NCBI GenBank assembly: GCA_963664015.2
Contig: CAXXLF010000002.1
Coordinates: forward strand, 1,472,001-1,536,000
Length of the DNA stretch: 64,000 nucleotides
Direction: 5' to 3'
Origin: Candidatus Binatia bacterium
GTDB lineage: Bacteria; Desulfobacterota; Binatia; UBA9968; CAXXLF01
Numbering within the stretch: the first letter of the stretch is position 1; each line of letters starts with the position of its first letter. The translations under genes were made by a program, and so were the position numbers. The notes under the pieces were generated by a model, which did no database searches, had not been told where the DNA came from, and was given only the letters and a program-made list of their open reading frames with translations. Of this stretch, positions 30,225 to 40,187 are shown piece by piece.

Positions 30225-30760
30225 GATAGAGAGCAGCAAGGAAAAAGGCAAAACGAATTTAGCTACCAACTGTCAACCACACAAGCCAGAGAACAGATGT
30301 CAGAAGTCTGAGGTCAGACGACAGAGACACGATACTCGCGCACCCTTCGACCCATCGACAGGCTCAGGGTCCCGAGCATAGTCGAGGGAAAGACTCCGCC
30401 AAAGGACGGATCAGCCTTGGGCTAAGCAAAGGGCGCCAAGCTTTAAGAAACCAAAGAAACCTTTAAGAATTCACCGCAGAGATGCAGGGCGGAGCGCAAG
30501 TTAAAAGGGAAAAGTAAAAAGGTAAAAATCGTTGTCGAAGGTAAGAGAATCTGAGGGTTAAGAGTTTTTAACCGCAGATTTTCGCCGATTATTGCAGACA
30601 ATAGTTGTGTTTGTTTGCCGGAAGACGGCGACAAACAAAAGCTTAGCTGTTGCGGACAATAACCTGAGCTAACTTCCTCACAATTGATATTACCGCAGAT
30701 TTCGCAGACCAGCAAAGCGTTAAGATTGGACAACGGACTACGGAGCATAGCTGCCTCTCC
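30225..30760. repeat. Mosaic repeat tract with a REP-like palindrome and accgcagattttcgc module
   Basis: Shares modules with 25905-26125, 32760-32920, 46590-46640 and 47960-48290 (acacaagccagagaacagaggtcagaagtc, ctcgcgcaaag..aaagggcgccaag, gacggcgacaaacaaaagc). Confidence 0.75.
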
Positions 30761-31004
30761 GCCATTAGCACTTCCGACAGATGAGGTCTCCTTTTAAAAA
30801 TGAAACAAGCGTGCAGTCTATCCGAGGGTCGTCTTCCGCCCGCTTGATGATCTCGGTTTGGTGCCGTGGGGAAGTTATGTTGTCGATGACGAGCCAACCG
30901 CCCGGCACGAGGCGCGGTACCACCAAATCGTAGATCTTGCCGTTGTGTTCCCGGGGGTGGAAATCTGAAAAGCAAAAGGCGAGGTTGTCGAACCGGGTCG
31001 CGAA

Positions 31005-31307
31005 GTCGAAGGCGTCGTCATGTGGCAGAAGATGCTCGCCGAGCAGATCCAGATCCTTGAGAATGGGGGCGATCCCATTGCGGTGATCCGGGACCCGGAC
31101 AAGGCGCGCAACATTGAAGTCCCGGTCGAGTGGGAAGGGGGGACGAGCGGTGGCCGAACGGATCCCAGCAGCATTACCCCCCTACGGAGCAGCGCTTCTG
31201 CCCAAAATGGATCCCGTGGCCCGACCGCCCGCGAGGCCGACAAGACCATCGACATGTGGCGAGAGTACCTCACTACTCAAGAAGAGGCCGCCCACGCCAC
31301 CGCGTAG
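31005..31307 (+). pseudogene. Orphan C-terminal fragment of a Rieske oxygenase
   Basis: GVVMWQKMLAEQIQILENGGDPIAVIRDP resembles the C-terminal tail of phthalate-dioxygenase-like subunits; no upstream body. Confidence 0.55.
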
Positions 31308-31558
31308 GTTACGATCGCTCAGATACACCAGAAGGCTCCGCAGGGCAACGGAGACTTCCTGGCTCCACTAGTGAAGGGGGCAAGGAAAAAGGCGAAAGAG
31401 CTGTCAGATCTCGTCAATTAAATAACTGGTAAGAATAAGCTGGGGGGCAATCTCCCGTACTTTTGAAACATGGGGTCAGCCGGCTCCTTACCACCTGATA
31501 CACATCACAACATCAGAAGCCTGCCTCTGCTAAATTATACCCCACTCAATTCGGGTGT

Positions 31559-31587
31559 TTGACAGGGGTGGTCATTCTCCATAAACT
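31559..31587 (+). promoter_or_regulatory. Sigma70-type promoter
   Basis: TTGACA-N17-TAAACT; AAGGAGG RBS downstream. Confidence 0.65.
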
Positions 31588-31629
31588 GCTCAGGTTCTCG
31601 ATCATCATGCAGTCTAAGGAGGTATCCAT

Positions 31630-32757
31630 ATGGTTAATCGGGTGAAATTATTGCCTGTTTTGAGCACCCTTATCACTATTATGGCACTGTTTCTTCATGT
31701 GCCGGCGCAAGCGGACTGGAAGGCCGACTGGAAAAAAGCCCAGGCCGCGGCACGAAAAGAGGGGGGTATCCGGGTCTATGGCCCCCCGGGGATCGGGTAC
31801 ATTAATGCGATTGAGACATTTAAAAGCGTCTATCCCAAGATCAAAATGATCTATGTCCCCGGTACGGGGAGCCAGCACTCCAACCGGCTCGGCGCCGAGC
31901 GCCGGGCGGGAAAATTCCTCGCGGATATCTACATTGGAGGCTCCGGAACAGGCGGGATATTGGCTGAGAAGGGTTTCTTTGAACCGCTGCCGCCCCGGTT
32001 GATCTTACCGGACGTCACGGATCAGTCGGCCTGGTTCAAGAAACAGCACCTCTATGCGGATTTCAAAAAGACCCTGTTTATTTTACAGGGGAACGTTACC
32101 ACTACCATTGCGGCCTACAACACCGCCAAGCACAAACCCGGTGAGCTCAAGAGCCACCGGGACCTTCTCGACCCCAAGTGGCGCGGCAAGATGGTATCAT
32201 TCGATCCATCGGGGCGGGGAGCGCTCGGGTCCTGGAAAGGCGTCTACTACAACAAAAACCTCGGGCCAAAGTTCATCCAGCGGTTGTTCAGCGAGATGGA
32301 CGTGATCATCGCGAGCGACTTCAGGATGGCGGTGGACTGGGTCGCCTCGGGAAAATATGAACTCTTTATTAAGGGCCGGTCCACCGAGGTGTCGGACGCC
32401 ATGAAAAAAGGGATGCCCATTGACATCTTTCGCTCCCCGCCGGAAGAAGGGTATCTCTCAGGAGGGTACGGCCACCTAGCGGTTATGAACCGGGCACCGC
32501 ACCCCAATGCAGCCAAGGTATTCGCAAACTGGATTCTTTCCAGGGAAGGTCAAACGGTCTGGCAAACCAAGTCGGACAACAATTCCATGCGCATGGATAT
32601 TCCCAAAGACATGCTCACCAAAAAGCATTCCATCGCCAAAGCAGGCGGCGGATATCTTGTTAGCAGTTTGCCCGAATACAGGGATGTTAGCGGCCTTAAG
32701 AAACTCGTCCGCAAAGCGAGAGCCGACGCGGCCAAAGCGGCTAGAAAGAGAAGATAA
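31630..32757 (+). CDS. ABC transporter extracellular solute-binding protein (AfuA/Fe3+-thiamine-like family)
   Basis: Signal peptide, AARKEG, DLLDPKWRGK, APHPNAAKVFANWILSREGQ. Confidence 0.9.
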   Translation: MVNRVKLLPVLSTLITIMALFLHVPAQADWKADWKKAQAAARKEGGIRVYGPPGIGYINAIETFKSVYPKIKMIYVPGTGSQHSNRLGAERRAGKFLADIYIGGSGTGGILAEKGFFEPLPPRLILPDVTDQSAWFKKQHLYADFKKTLFILQGNVTTTIAAYNTAKHKPGELKSHRDLLDPKWRGKMVSFDPSGRGALGSWKGVYYNKNLGPKFIQRLFSEMDVIIASDFRMAVDWVASGKYELFIKGRSTEVSDAMKKGMPIDIFRSPPEEGYLSGGYGHLAVMNRAPHPNAAKVFANWILSREGQTVWQTKSDNNSMRMDIPKDMLTKKHSIAKAGGGYLVSSLPEYRDVSGLKKLVRKARADAAKAARKRR

Positions 32758-32936
32758 ACGGGAAAGGAAAAAGGAAGAACGAAATTAGCTATCAGCTTAA
32801 TGCGAGAACAAACAAAAGATACTTAACCGCAGATACACAGAGAAAGATAACTCGCGCAAAGGCACAAAGGGCGCCAGGTTTGGAGAAGATACCATAACCG
32901 CAGATTTTCGCAGATTCATGAATTAGGGGTAGGCCG

Positions 32937-33299
32937 TTATTGTCCCGGCTCGGCTCCAGTATTTACGCCCAGGTAGGAAAGCCTGCTTTCGCCCGTGTTG
33001 CGGGGAACGACGAGAAACTGGCCGGCCTTGATGGGTAGCGGCGGGGCTCCATCCCTCAAGACCTCCCCGCTTCCCTCAAGGACATAGAGGCAGTGGGCGT
33101 TTTCCGGATGGATGTGGAGATCCGAAACCTGCCCTGGCTCAAAATTCCTGATGGTGATGTGTCGAATATCGATCCCATCTCGATAGACCCCAACGATCAT
33201 GGGCCCGTCGGGATGAAAGGACTGAAACTCTTCAGGGTTTAACACTGCGACGTCCCCTGCCTCTATCTTCACCTCTTTAGTGTTGTCTCTAGGCATCAT
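32937..33299 (-). CDS. Cupin domain protein (second motif apparently deleted)
   Basis: LHIHP..AHCLYVLEGSG; VVPRNTGE lacks the motif-2 His; GGAGGAG RBS. Confidence 0.7.
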   Translation of the reverse strand: MMPRDNTKEVKIEAGDVAVLNPEEFQSFHPDGPMIVGVYRDGIDIRHITIRNFEPGQVSDLHIHPENAHCLYVLEGSGEVLRDGAPPLPIKAGQFLVVPRNTGESRLSYLGVNTGAEPGQ

Positions 33300-33756
33300 G
33301 CTCCTCCTGCAAGCTGGAATGGTACCGAGCAAATACGGAGTATACCCTCACCGCCGCCTTCCGACCTCACTGGTTTGTTCAGACGCCATCACGGGTCGAG
33401 AGCTACGCGATCGCCACCATCCCGAAGCCACGCTTGAAGAGCGGCTTGCTGCCCTTCTCAGTTACTACTATGCACCTCCCCAGACGTCTACAATGCAATG
33501 GGGGTCGGGCATAACAACCTTATCATACTGCATTACCTGCACGGTTACGATAAAGCGGTCGCCTATGACAAACGCCGTCAAGAGGGTAAAAGCCTCCTGA
33601 GCAACATCGACTCTTGGCTACGGAAACAGGAGGGCGCAAAGGGAATAGCGCCAAGCCTAGAGAGGCATAAGGCAACAAAAACAGCTTTGAGCTCTCAGCA
33701 AGAAAATCAGAAGAACAATCCAAAAAGATGCGTAGGAACAGGGGAACAGCCCTGGA

Positions 33757-34072
33757 TTAGGCTACGTGACGGCGATTGTCTTCAAGACCGACCACTAACC
33801 TGACCCCGAGGGCGTGAGCGATCTTCTCCAGGGTTGTTAGAGAGTAGTTTGTGTAATTTGGGTTCTCCCGTCGCGCAATTCCTGAGTGAGTTTTACCCAC
33901 CTTCCGAGCAAGCTCCGATTGTGTTAGCCCTAAACTTTCCTCGCAAATTGGTGATCTGGTCAGCAAGGCATGTCCAGCTGAATTCTCTTTGAAACGCTCT
34001 CTTGAATGCCGGAGTTTTCAACTCTTTGCCGAGTCTTAAATCCAATGGCATGGCTTTTCCTTTTTTCTTCAT
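33757..34072 (-). pseudogene. XRE-family HTH antitoxin (HigA-like), frameshifted
   Basis: MKKKGK..PAFKRAF..QITNLR, then a frame change near 33940 to LGLTQSELARKVG..IARRE..LTTLEKIAHALG. Confidence 0.8.
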
Positions 34073-34073
34073 G

Positions 34074-34394
34074 TTATACTTCCCGCTGTCTGCTTCTCGC
34101 CAGGTCCAACTCCTTGCGCGGGATGGCCCGACTCTTCTTATTAAAGGCGTGTAGCAATATGATGCGGTTGCCGGGCTGGAAACAAAAGAAGACCCTATAG
34201 GACCGCACACGCAACTCGAATAGGCCACCACCCAGGCTCTTTGTATGGGGTTCCCTTAGCCTGTTCCCTCGTTATTGTAGATAATACAGCTGGGCTTTTA
34301 ATACCGCACGCCCCTCCAATGGTAAAGATTCTATAAACTTCTCAACAGGGCGGTAACCTCTAGGATCCTCGTATTGCTGTAGAACCCAGACCAC
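34074..34394 (-). pseudogene. RelE/HigB (Gp49-like) type II toxin with an internal stop
   Basis: Hand translation: YEDPRGYRPVEKFIESLP...LQ*RGNRLREPHTKSLGGGLFELRVRSYRVFF..IILLHAFNKKS..PRKELDLAR; TAA at 34272-34274. Confidence 0.82.
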
Positions 34395-34538
34395 AACCAA
34401 GTATCATATTGTTGCGATGTTATGTAAAGCCCGATAAAAAAGGGTCGGATGAAAAATGGCGTCAGTGAAGGGGGCGACGTGTAATGGGAGCCTACCATAG
34501 GATTTTGCAGATTGCAGGACATTAGGGGAGGGAGTGAT

Positions 34539-34580
34539 GGGGGTCAGGTCTATGGATTCTTGTTTTTGACCTAATCAATA
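34539..34580 (+). repeat. About 42-bp direct repeat flanking selO (left copy; right copy 36261-36302)
   Basis: GGGGGTCAGGTCTATGGATTCTTGTTTTTGACCTAATCAATA vs GGGGGCAGATCTATGGAATCTTGTTTTTAACTTAATCAAATA. Confidence 0.8.
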
Positions 34581-34732
34581 CATCAAAGGGTGGGTGACGA
34601 TTCCAAACATCAAAGATGAGATCGGACTGTTCACTATTGACCTACGAAACGGTGATATATAGATATTTCTATAGATATCGAGAATAATGGAGCCAAGGAT
34701 TCACTAATCCCCCTGACCAAGAAAGACACACG

Positions 34733-36229
34733 ATGACGTACGTCCCTAACAACGCTGCCGCCGCGCGATTCGCTTTCGACAATACGTATGCGCGTGAACT
34801 TGAGGGCTTTTACATAACCTGCAAGGCGGCGCATGCGGCGCAGCCGAGGGTGGTTCAGCTCAACCGTGAGCTGGCTGAAGAATTGAAGCTGGATGCCGAT
34901 GCTCTCGATTCAGAGGAAGGCGCGAAAATCTTTGTGGGCAATGAGACACCCGAGGGAGCGGTCCCGCTGGCTCAAGTGTACGCCGGCCACCAGTTCGGCG
35001 GCTTCTCGCACCAACTTGGCGACGGGCGGGCGTTGCTCCTGGGTGAGGTGATCGACCGCAACGGCCGGCGCCGTGACATTCAGCTCAAAGGCTCTGGCCC
35101 CACTCCCTTTTCGCGCTCCGGCGACGGCCGGGCAGCGCTTGGACCAGTGTTACGTGAATATTTAATCGGTGAAGGGATGCACGCGCTTGGTATCCCGACG
35201 ACACGGGCGCTTGCCGCAGTGGTCACAGGTGAGCCTGTCTATCGCGAGATCAGGCTGCCGGGCGCGGTTTTGACGCGCGTTGCTGCCAGCCACATTCGTG
35301 TTGGCACCTTTCAGTTCTTCGCCGCTCGCGGGGAACAGGCCCAGGTGCGTCGCCTGGCCGATTACGTGATCGATCGACACTACGGGGAGCTAAAGGGCCA
35401 CGCAACCCCCTATCTGGGATTGCTTGAGCGCGTGTGTGATAGACAAGCGGCGCTCATTGCTAGCTGGATGCATGTGGGCTTCATTCATGGCGTGATGAAC
35501 ACCGACAATATGACGATCTCCGGTGAAACCATCGATTACGGCCCGTGCGCCTTTATGGATCATTATGATCCAGCGACAGTCTTCAGCTCCATCGATACGC
35601 AGGGCCGCTATGCCTACGCCAATCAGCCAAGGATCGCGCAGTGGAACCTTGCACGGCTTGCGGAGACGCTTGTACCCCTGATCGATGCTGATGAAAACCG
35701 CGCCATGGCACGCGCGACTGAGGTCCTCAATGCCTTTCCAGAACAATACGAACTGCAGTGGCTAAAAGGCATGCGCGCGAAGCTCGGACTGGTCAGTGAG
35801 GACGAGGCCGATCTCAACCTCGCCACGGGGTTTCTCGCCGCAATTGAGGGCAAGAAAGTTGACACCACGTTGGCTTTCCGTTACCTCGCTGATGCCGCCT
35901 TGGGCCAAGAGGAGCCGATTCGCTCCCTGTTTACCGATGCGTCGGCCTATGAGCTCTGGAGCGGACGCTGGCAGGCGCGGCTTGCCCGCGAGGCGGCGAC
36001 GCCTTTGGCGCGGGCGCAGGCGATGCGGCGTGTGAATCCCGCGTTCATCCCGCGCAATCATCGAGTTGAGGAGGCCTTGAGTGCTGCAACGGAACGCGAC
36101 GATTACGCGCCTTTTACAACACTGCTAAATATCGTATCGCACCCTTTCGACGATCAGCCGGAGTTTGCCGCCTTTGCCCAACCTGCGCCAGACGGACGAC
36201 CGCGCTACCAAACCTTCTGAGGCACCTGA
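34733..36229 (+). CDS. selO: Protein adenylyltransferase SelO (YdiU), candidate selenoprotein; ends at 36220 if UGA is a stop
   Basis: YAGHQFG, LGDGRA, QLKGSGPTPFSR.GDGRA, GFIHGVMNTDN, TIDYGP, NPAFIPRNH; C-terminus YQTF-TGA-GT-TGA. Confidence 0.95.
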
Positions 36230-36259
36230 CTAACGCGTCCGGGCGACGCAAAAACGTCA
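36227..36259 (+). promoter_or_regulatory. Candidate bacterial SECIS element
   Basis: Upper stem GCGTC (36235-39)/GACGC (36245-49), loop CGGGC, lower pairing TGAC/GTCA; the loop begins 20 nt after the UGA at 36218-20. Confidence 0.6.
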
Positions 36260-36470
36260 TGGGGGCAGATCTATGGAATCTTGTTTTTAACTTAATCAAA
36301 TAGGTCGACGAACCGGTGCATCGCCAGAATCCATCGAAGCAAAACCGCGATTTTCACCAAATACACGTTGGCTTGACGACCCGCCGGTTCGACGCTATAT
36401 CTTTCGACAGAGTAAAAGGCCATTTAAATTTCCGTTAAATACAATCGACACAAGACCAGGAGGTAAGATT

Positions 36471-37067
36471 ATGGCAACCACAACAGAGCGCCCTCTCGCC
36501 GATGCGCTCACAGCAATCAGGACACGCCGTGCGATGAAAGAATACCTTCCCACCGAAATTCCTCGGGAGTGGATCGAGGAGCTGCTCGACGCCGCCCATT
36601 GGGCACCCAACCACAAATTGACCCATCCCTGGCGTTTCCACGTGTTTTGCGGAGAGGGGCGCGAGCGATTGGTCGAAGCCCGACAAGCAGCAGTACGTTG
36701 GGGCGCGGAGAAAAAGGGTGAGCAGGTGACCGAAGAGGCTCTCGGCTTCGCTCGGGCTAAGTGTTTTTCGTCCCCAGTCGTGATCATCGTTTCTATGGTG
36801 GGCGATGAGAACAAAATCATGGACCAGGAGAACTTCGCGGCCTGCTGGTGCGCTATTGAGAACCTGCTGGTCGCCGCGACCGCGCGAGGCCTGGGCAGCT
36901 ATCCCAGCACGGGCACCTGGATCGACGAAAACTTCCTTGGCCCAATCCTCGGACTCACAGAGAAAGAGCGACCGGTGGCGTGCGTTTTCTTGGGGTACTC
37001 GGAGCAGGAGACTATGGCAAAGCGCCTGCCCGTGGATCGCCATACCACCTGGTACACAGACAAATAA
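36471..37067 (+). CDS. Nitroreductase family protein (YdjA-like)
   Basis: AIRTRRA, AAHWAPNHKLTHPWRF, AIENLLVAATARGLGS. Confidence 0.9.
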   Translation: MATTTERPLADALTAIRTRRAMKEYLPTEIPREWIEELLDAAHWAPNHKLTHPWRFHVFCGEGRERLVEARQAAVRWGAEKKGEQVTEEALGFARAKCFSSPVVIIVSMVGDENKIMDQENFAACWCAIENLLVAATARGLGSYPSTGTWIDENFLGPILGLTEKERPVACVFLGYSEQETMAKRLPVDRHTTWYTDK

Positions 37068-37117
37068 TAGGAAGACAGTTAGCAGCCACACGGTTGAGAG
37101 GTCAGGGGGCAACCAGC

Positions 37118-37705
37118 ATGGCGACGAACGTTGCGACCATTGGTGAACTGCGAAGTAAGGTCGCCCTATCGTGCAGAATCCTACCGATGGCGCTCGGCCG
37201 AACGGCCGGGCACGTGAGTGCGCGAATACCGAGAACGGATGAGATGCTGCTGCGTTGTCGTGGCCGCGGAGGGGCCGCCCTCGACGCGACTGACGTTCAT
37301 CACATCCGTCGCCTGGACTTCGATGGGGAGGGCACTGGCCTTGGCGACGGGTACGCGGCGCCCCATGAGACTCCATTGCATGGAGAGATTTATCGCGCTC
37401 GGCCAGACGTGCATGCAGTGGTGCACGTACACTGCATGTTTGCCCTCTTGTGCGGCGTAGCCGGCGTAGAGTTCCTTCCCGTGTTCGCCAGTTACAACCC
37501 GGGACTCCTTAGAATCATCCTGGATGGCGTGCCGATTTACGAGCGCGCTGCCACCGTTGTGAATCTCGAGATGGCGGCGGAAATGATCGAGGTCATGGGG
37601 GAGCGCGACCTAGTACTCCTGCGTGGCCAAACTAGAGCGGGAGGTTGGACTGCCCACGGAAGAGGCAGGGGGCAAGGCAAAAGTAAAAAGGTAAAACGAA
37701 ATTAG
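37118..37705 (+). pseudogene. Class II aldolase/adducin family protein, C-terminally truncated
   Basis: GHVSARIP, E.PLHGEIYRARPDVHAVVHVH; ends at VLLRGQ (normally LLRGHG) and runs into repeat sequence. Confidence 0.75.
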
Positions 37706-37966
37706 CTGCCAGCCATCAGAATTAACCTCCATGACTTCAAAACACTTTTTTGAGTCTTCAGCCAGCGAGTCGGCTACTACACCCCGCTACACGAGTCAAG
37801 GACGGCTTTGGGGATTGACTCAGTAGAACTTCTTTGGCAATGTTGCCGCCAGCGCCCCACAGCGTTAGTGTAGGGCAGCGGTTTGAAGGGTACCTCCTGG
37901 CGCGTCCGCGCAGAATGACTGGCAACGACATGTGCCGGGATTCGCAGGTGGTACTGGCCAGGAGCA

Positions 37967-38368
37967 ATGTGCAGGAGCAAGGGAAGGTTGGTTAGTTTCG
38001 ACATCGATGGCACGATGGTGTTCGGCGACCCGCCCGGAGATATTACGGTGGAGGATGTTCGGAAGGTAAAGGAGCTCGGGTTCATAGTGGAAAGCGCGTC
38101 GGGTCGTACCATAGTGGAGCAGTCGGAGATGTGGCATGATGCCGGGATCGAGGTCGAATTCGCTTCGCTGAAGCATCGGCTCGCGCAAGTAAAGGAACAT
38201 TTTCCGGTCACACGGTACGTCCACATCGGAGATACCATGGCCGACAAGCGGCTTGCGGAACAGGCGGGGTTTGACTTCGTCTGCAGCAGCGATGTACGAC
38301 GAGGGGACTTTTTGCTTTTACTAGCTGGAGAAGTAAGTTTCGGACCGGGTCCCGCAAAGTATGGGTAG
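37967..38368 (+). CDS. HAD superfamily hydrolase (minimal, capless)
   Basis: SFDIDGT motif I, SASGR motif II, HIGDT..D...A..AGFDF motif IV. Confidence 0.78.
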   Translation: MCRSKGRLVSFDIDGTMVFGDPPGDITVEDVRKVKELGFIVESASGRTIVEQSEMWHDAGIEVEFASLKHRLAQVKEHFPVTRYVHIGDTMADKRLAEQAGFDFVCSSDVRRGDFLLLLAGEVSFGPGPAKYG

Positions 38369-38389
38369 ACACCCACGTTAGAAAACGAG

Positions 38390-39571
38390 ATGGTAGACAA
38401 TCCCATCAAGGACAAGACGGCTGTTGTGGGGATCGGTTGGACGGCGTTTACCCGACGGTCGGGTACGTCCACGGCTGCGCTGGCGGCTCAGGCAAGCCTC
38501 ATGGCGATTGAAGACGCGGGCCTGCGGGTTGAGGACATCGACGGTGTCGTGAGCTACTACCACAAGCACAATGACACGGTTGATCCTAAAGAGCTAGCAC
38601 ACTACCTCGGCATACCGCGATTAGACTACCACCTGCTCCACGACGGTGGCGGGAGTTGGAACGCGGGCTCCATTGTCGCTGCCGCCGCGCTGGTGCACGC
38701 CGGCCTTTGCAAGAACGTCCTGGTGTATCGATCCAAAAATACCTATAGCGAGGGACGGGCGACCGCTCCCAAGCGGGCCCACGAGGTGACTGGTGCGGAC
38801 CAGTTCACCACTCCGTTTGGCATGCATCATCCAGCCGCAAATTTCGGGCAATACGCGACAGCACACATGGCGAGATATGGAACAACCACGTTGGACTTTG
38901 CCCATCTTGCCGTTACAGAGCGGAAGCACGCCATGTTGAACAAGAAGGCCCAGATGCGTAAGCCGATGACCATTGAGGATCATCAGAATTCTCGCTGGAT
39001 CGTTTATCCCTTCCGATTGCTTGACTGCTGTCAACAAACCGATGGATCGGTCGCCGTCGTGGTGTCATCGGCGGAGCGTGCACGTGACCTTCGGCACAAT
39101 CCCGTCTACATCATGGCGGGGATCGGAGGGAACGCCTACGTGGCGGACCTGTGGCAGACTTACGGGGTCTACAGCGGGCCTCGGCTTTTCGAGATGGCGG
39201 AGATCACGCCAAAGGACGTGAGCGTAGCCGAGGTCTACGACCCGTTTACCTTCATGTGTATGACCCACCTGGAGGACTTCGGGTTCGTCCCCAAGGGTGA
39301 GATAGGACCGTGGGTCCGAGAGGGGCACAACGCCCTGGACGGAGATCTTCCCGTCAACACGCACGGTGGCCTGCTCTCGGAAGCCCACATTCACGGGCTC
39401 AATCATATTATTGAGGCGGTTCAGCAGCTCCGCACCGAGGGAGTGGTAGATGATCTTTGCGACGGACCTCACACCTTTGATCGATCCGTCTGCCGCCAGG
39501 TCAAAGAGCCGCAGATCGCCTTCGTGTGTGGTGAAGGAGCAGGGAGCGCTATTCTGCTGCGCAAAGGGTGA
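38390..39571 (+). CDS. Thiolase-like (SCP-x/lipid-transfer, Ltp2-like) protein
   Basis: TAVVGIG, PFRLLDCC..TDG, EVYDPF, PVNTHGGLLSE.HIHG; no thiolase nucleophile Cys. Confidence 0.88.
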   Translation: MVDNPIKDKTAVVGIGWTAFTRRSGTSTAALAAQASLMAIEDAGLRVEDIDGVVSYYHKHNDTVDPKELAHYLGIPRLDYHLLHDGGGSWNAGSIVAAAALVHAGLCKNVLVYRSKNTYSEGRATAPKRAHEVTGADQFTTPFGMHHPAANFGQYATAHMARYGTTTLDFAHLAVTERKHAMLNKKAQMRKPMTIEDHQNSRWIVYPFRLLDCCQQTDGSVAVVVSSAERARDLRHNPVYIMAGIGGNAYVADLWQTYGVYSGPRLFEMAEITPKDVSVAEVYDPFTFMCMTHLEDFGFVPKGEIGPWVREGHNALDGDLPVNTHGGLLSEAHIHGLNHIIEAVQQLRTEGVVDDLCDGPHTFDRSVCRQVKEPQIAFVCGEGAGSAILLRKG

Positions 39572-39579
39572 GAGGGATC

Positions 39580-40002
39580 ATGGTCATGGAGTACACAAAG
39601 CCGTTGCCGACCCCGGACCAGGACACGCTGCCCTTTTGGGAGGCGTGCAAGCAGCACGAGCTTAAGGCTCAAAAATGCTCTTCCTGTAGTTCATATCGTT
39701 GGCGGCCCCGAGGACTGTGTCCCAAATGCCGATCATGGGAGTTCCAGTGGGTGCCTTTGAAAGGGACAGGGACGGTATACTCCTACGTGGTCGTGCATCA
39801 CGTTACTGTTCCAGAGTTTGCAGACGATGTACCCTACGTGATTGCCCACGTAACGATCGACGGCACCGACGACGAAGTGCGAATCACCACCAACATCATT
39901 GACTGCCCTTGGGAGAATGTTCAGGTCGGCATGAGGGTAACGGTTGTATTTGACGACGTCACACCCGAGTTCACGCTGCCCAAGTTTCGTCCGCTCAAAT
40001 AA
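39580..40002 (+). CDS. DUF35 Zn-ribbon/OB-fold protein (ChsH2-like)
   Basis: PFWEAC, C..C, PR..CPKC, GTGTVYSY, GMRV.VVF, LPKFRP; directly follows the thiolase-like gene. Confidence 0.9.
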   Translation: MVMEYTKPLPTPDQDTLPFWEACKQHELKAQKCSSCSSYRWRPRGLCPKCRSWEFQWVPLKGTGTVYSYVVVHHVTVPEFADDVPYVIAHVTIDGTDDEVRITTNIIDCPWENVQVGMRVTVVFDDVTPEFTLPKFRPLK

Positions 40003-40187
40003 GGGATCAAGTCTGCTCTTGGCTTTTTAGTTATCAAGTTCGATTTGATTTGCGTCGTTCGCCGCCCCCCCCACTCAAGAAGTCATCAGTGTCCCATAGC
40101 AAGAAATTGTTTATCCCGGAATTTTTCTGATATAAGCGAAACGAGGGCGAGAGGACAAAGCTCGACAGCAGAGAGGAGAAGACACCG

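Noticed and set aside
33340-33640. Possible gene remnant between the cupin and the antitoxin
   Set aside because: There are protein-like fragments in several frames but no recognisable family or start.
3202-37376. Long antisense or alternative-frame ORFs (e.g. 3202-4029, 7801-8724, 14900-15688, 21617-22450, 36435-37376)
   Set aside because: They are shadows of well-supported genes in GC-rich DNA, with no motifs.
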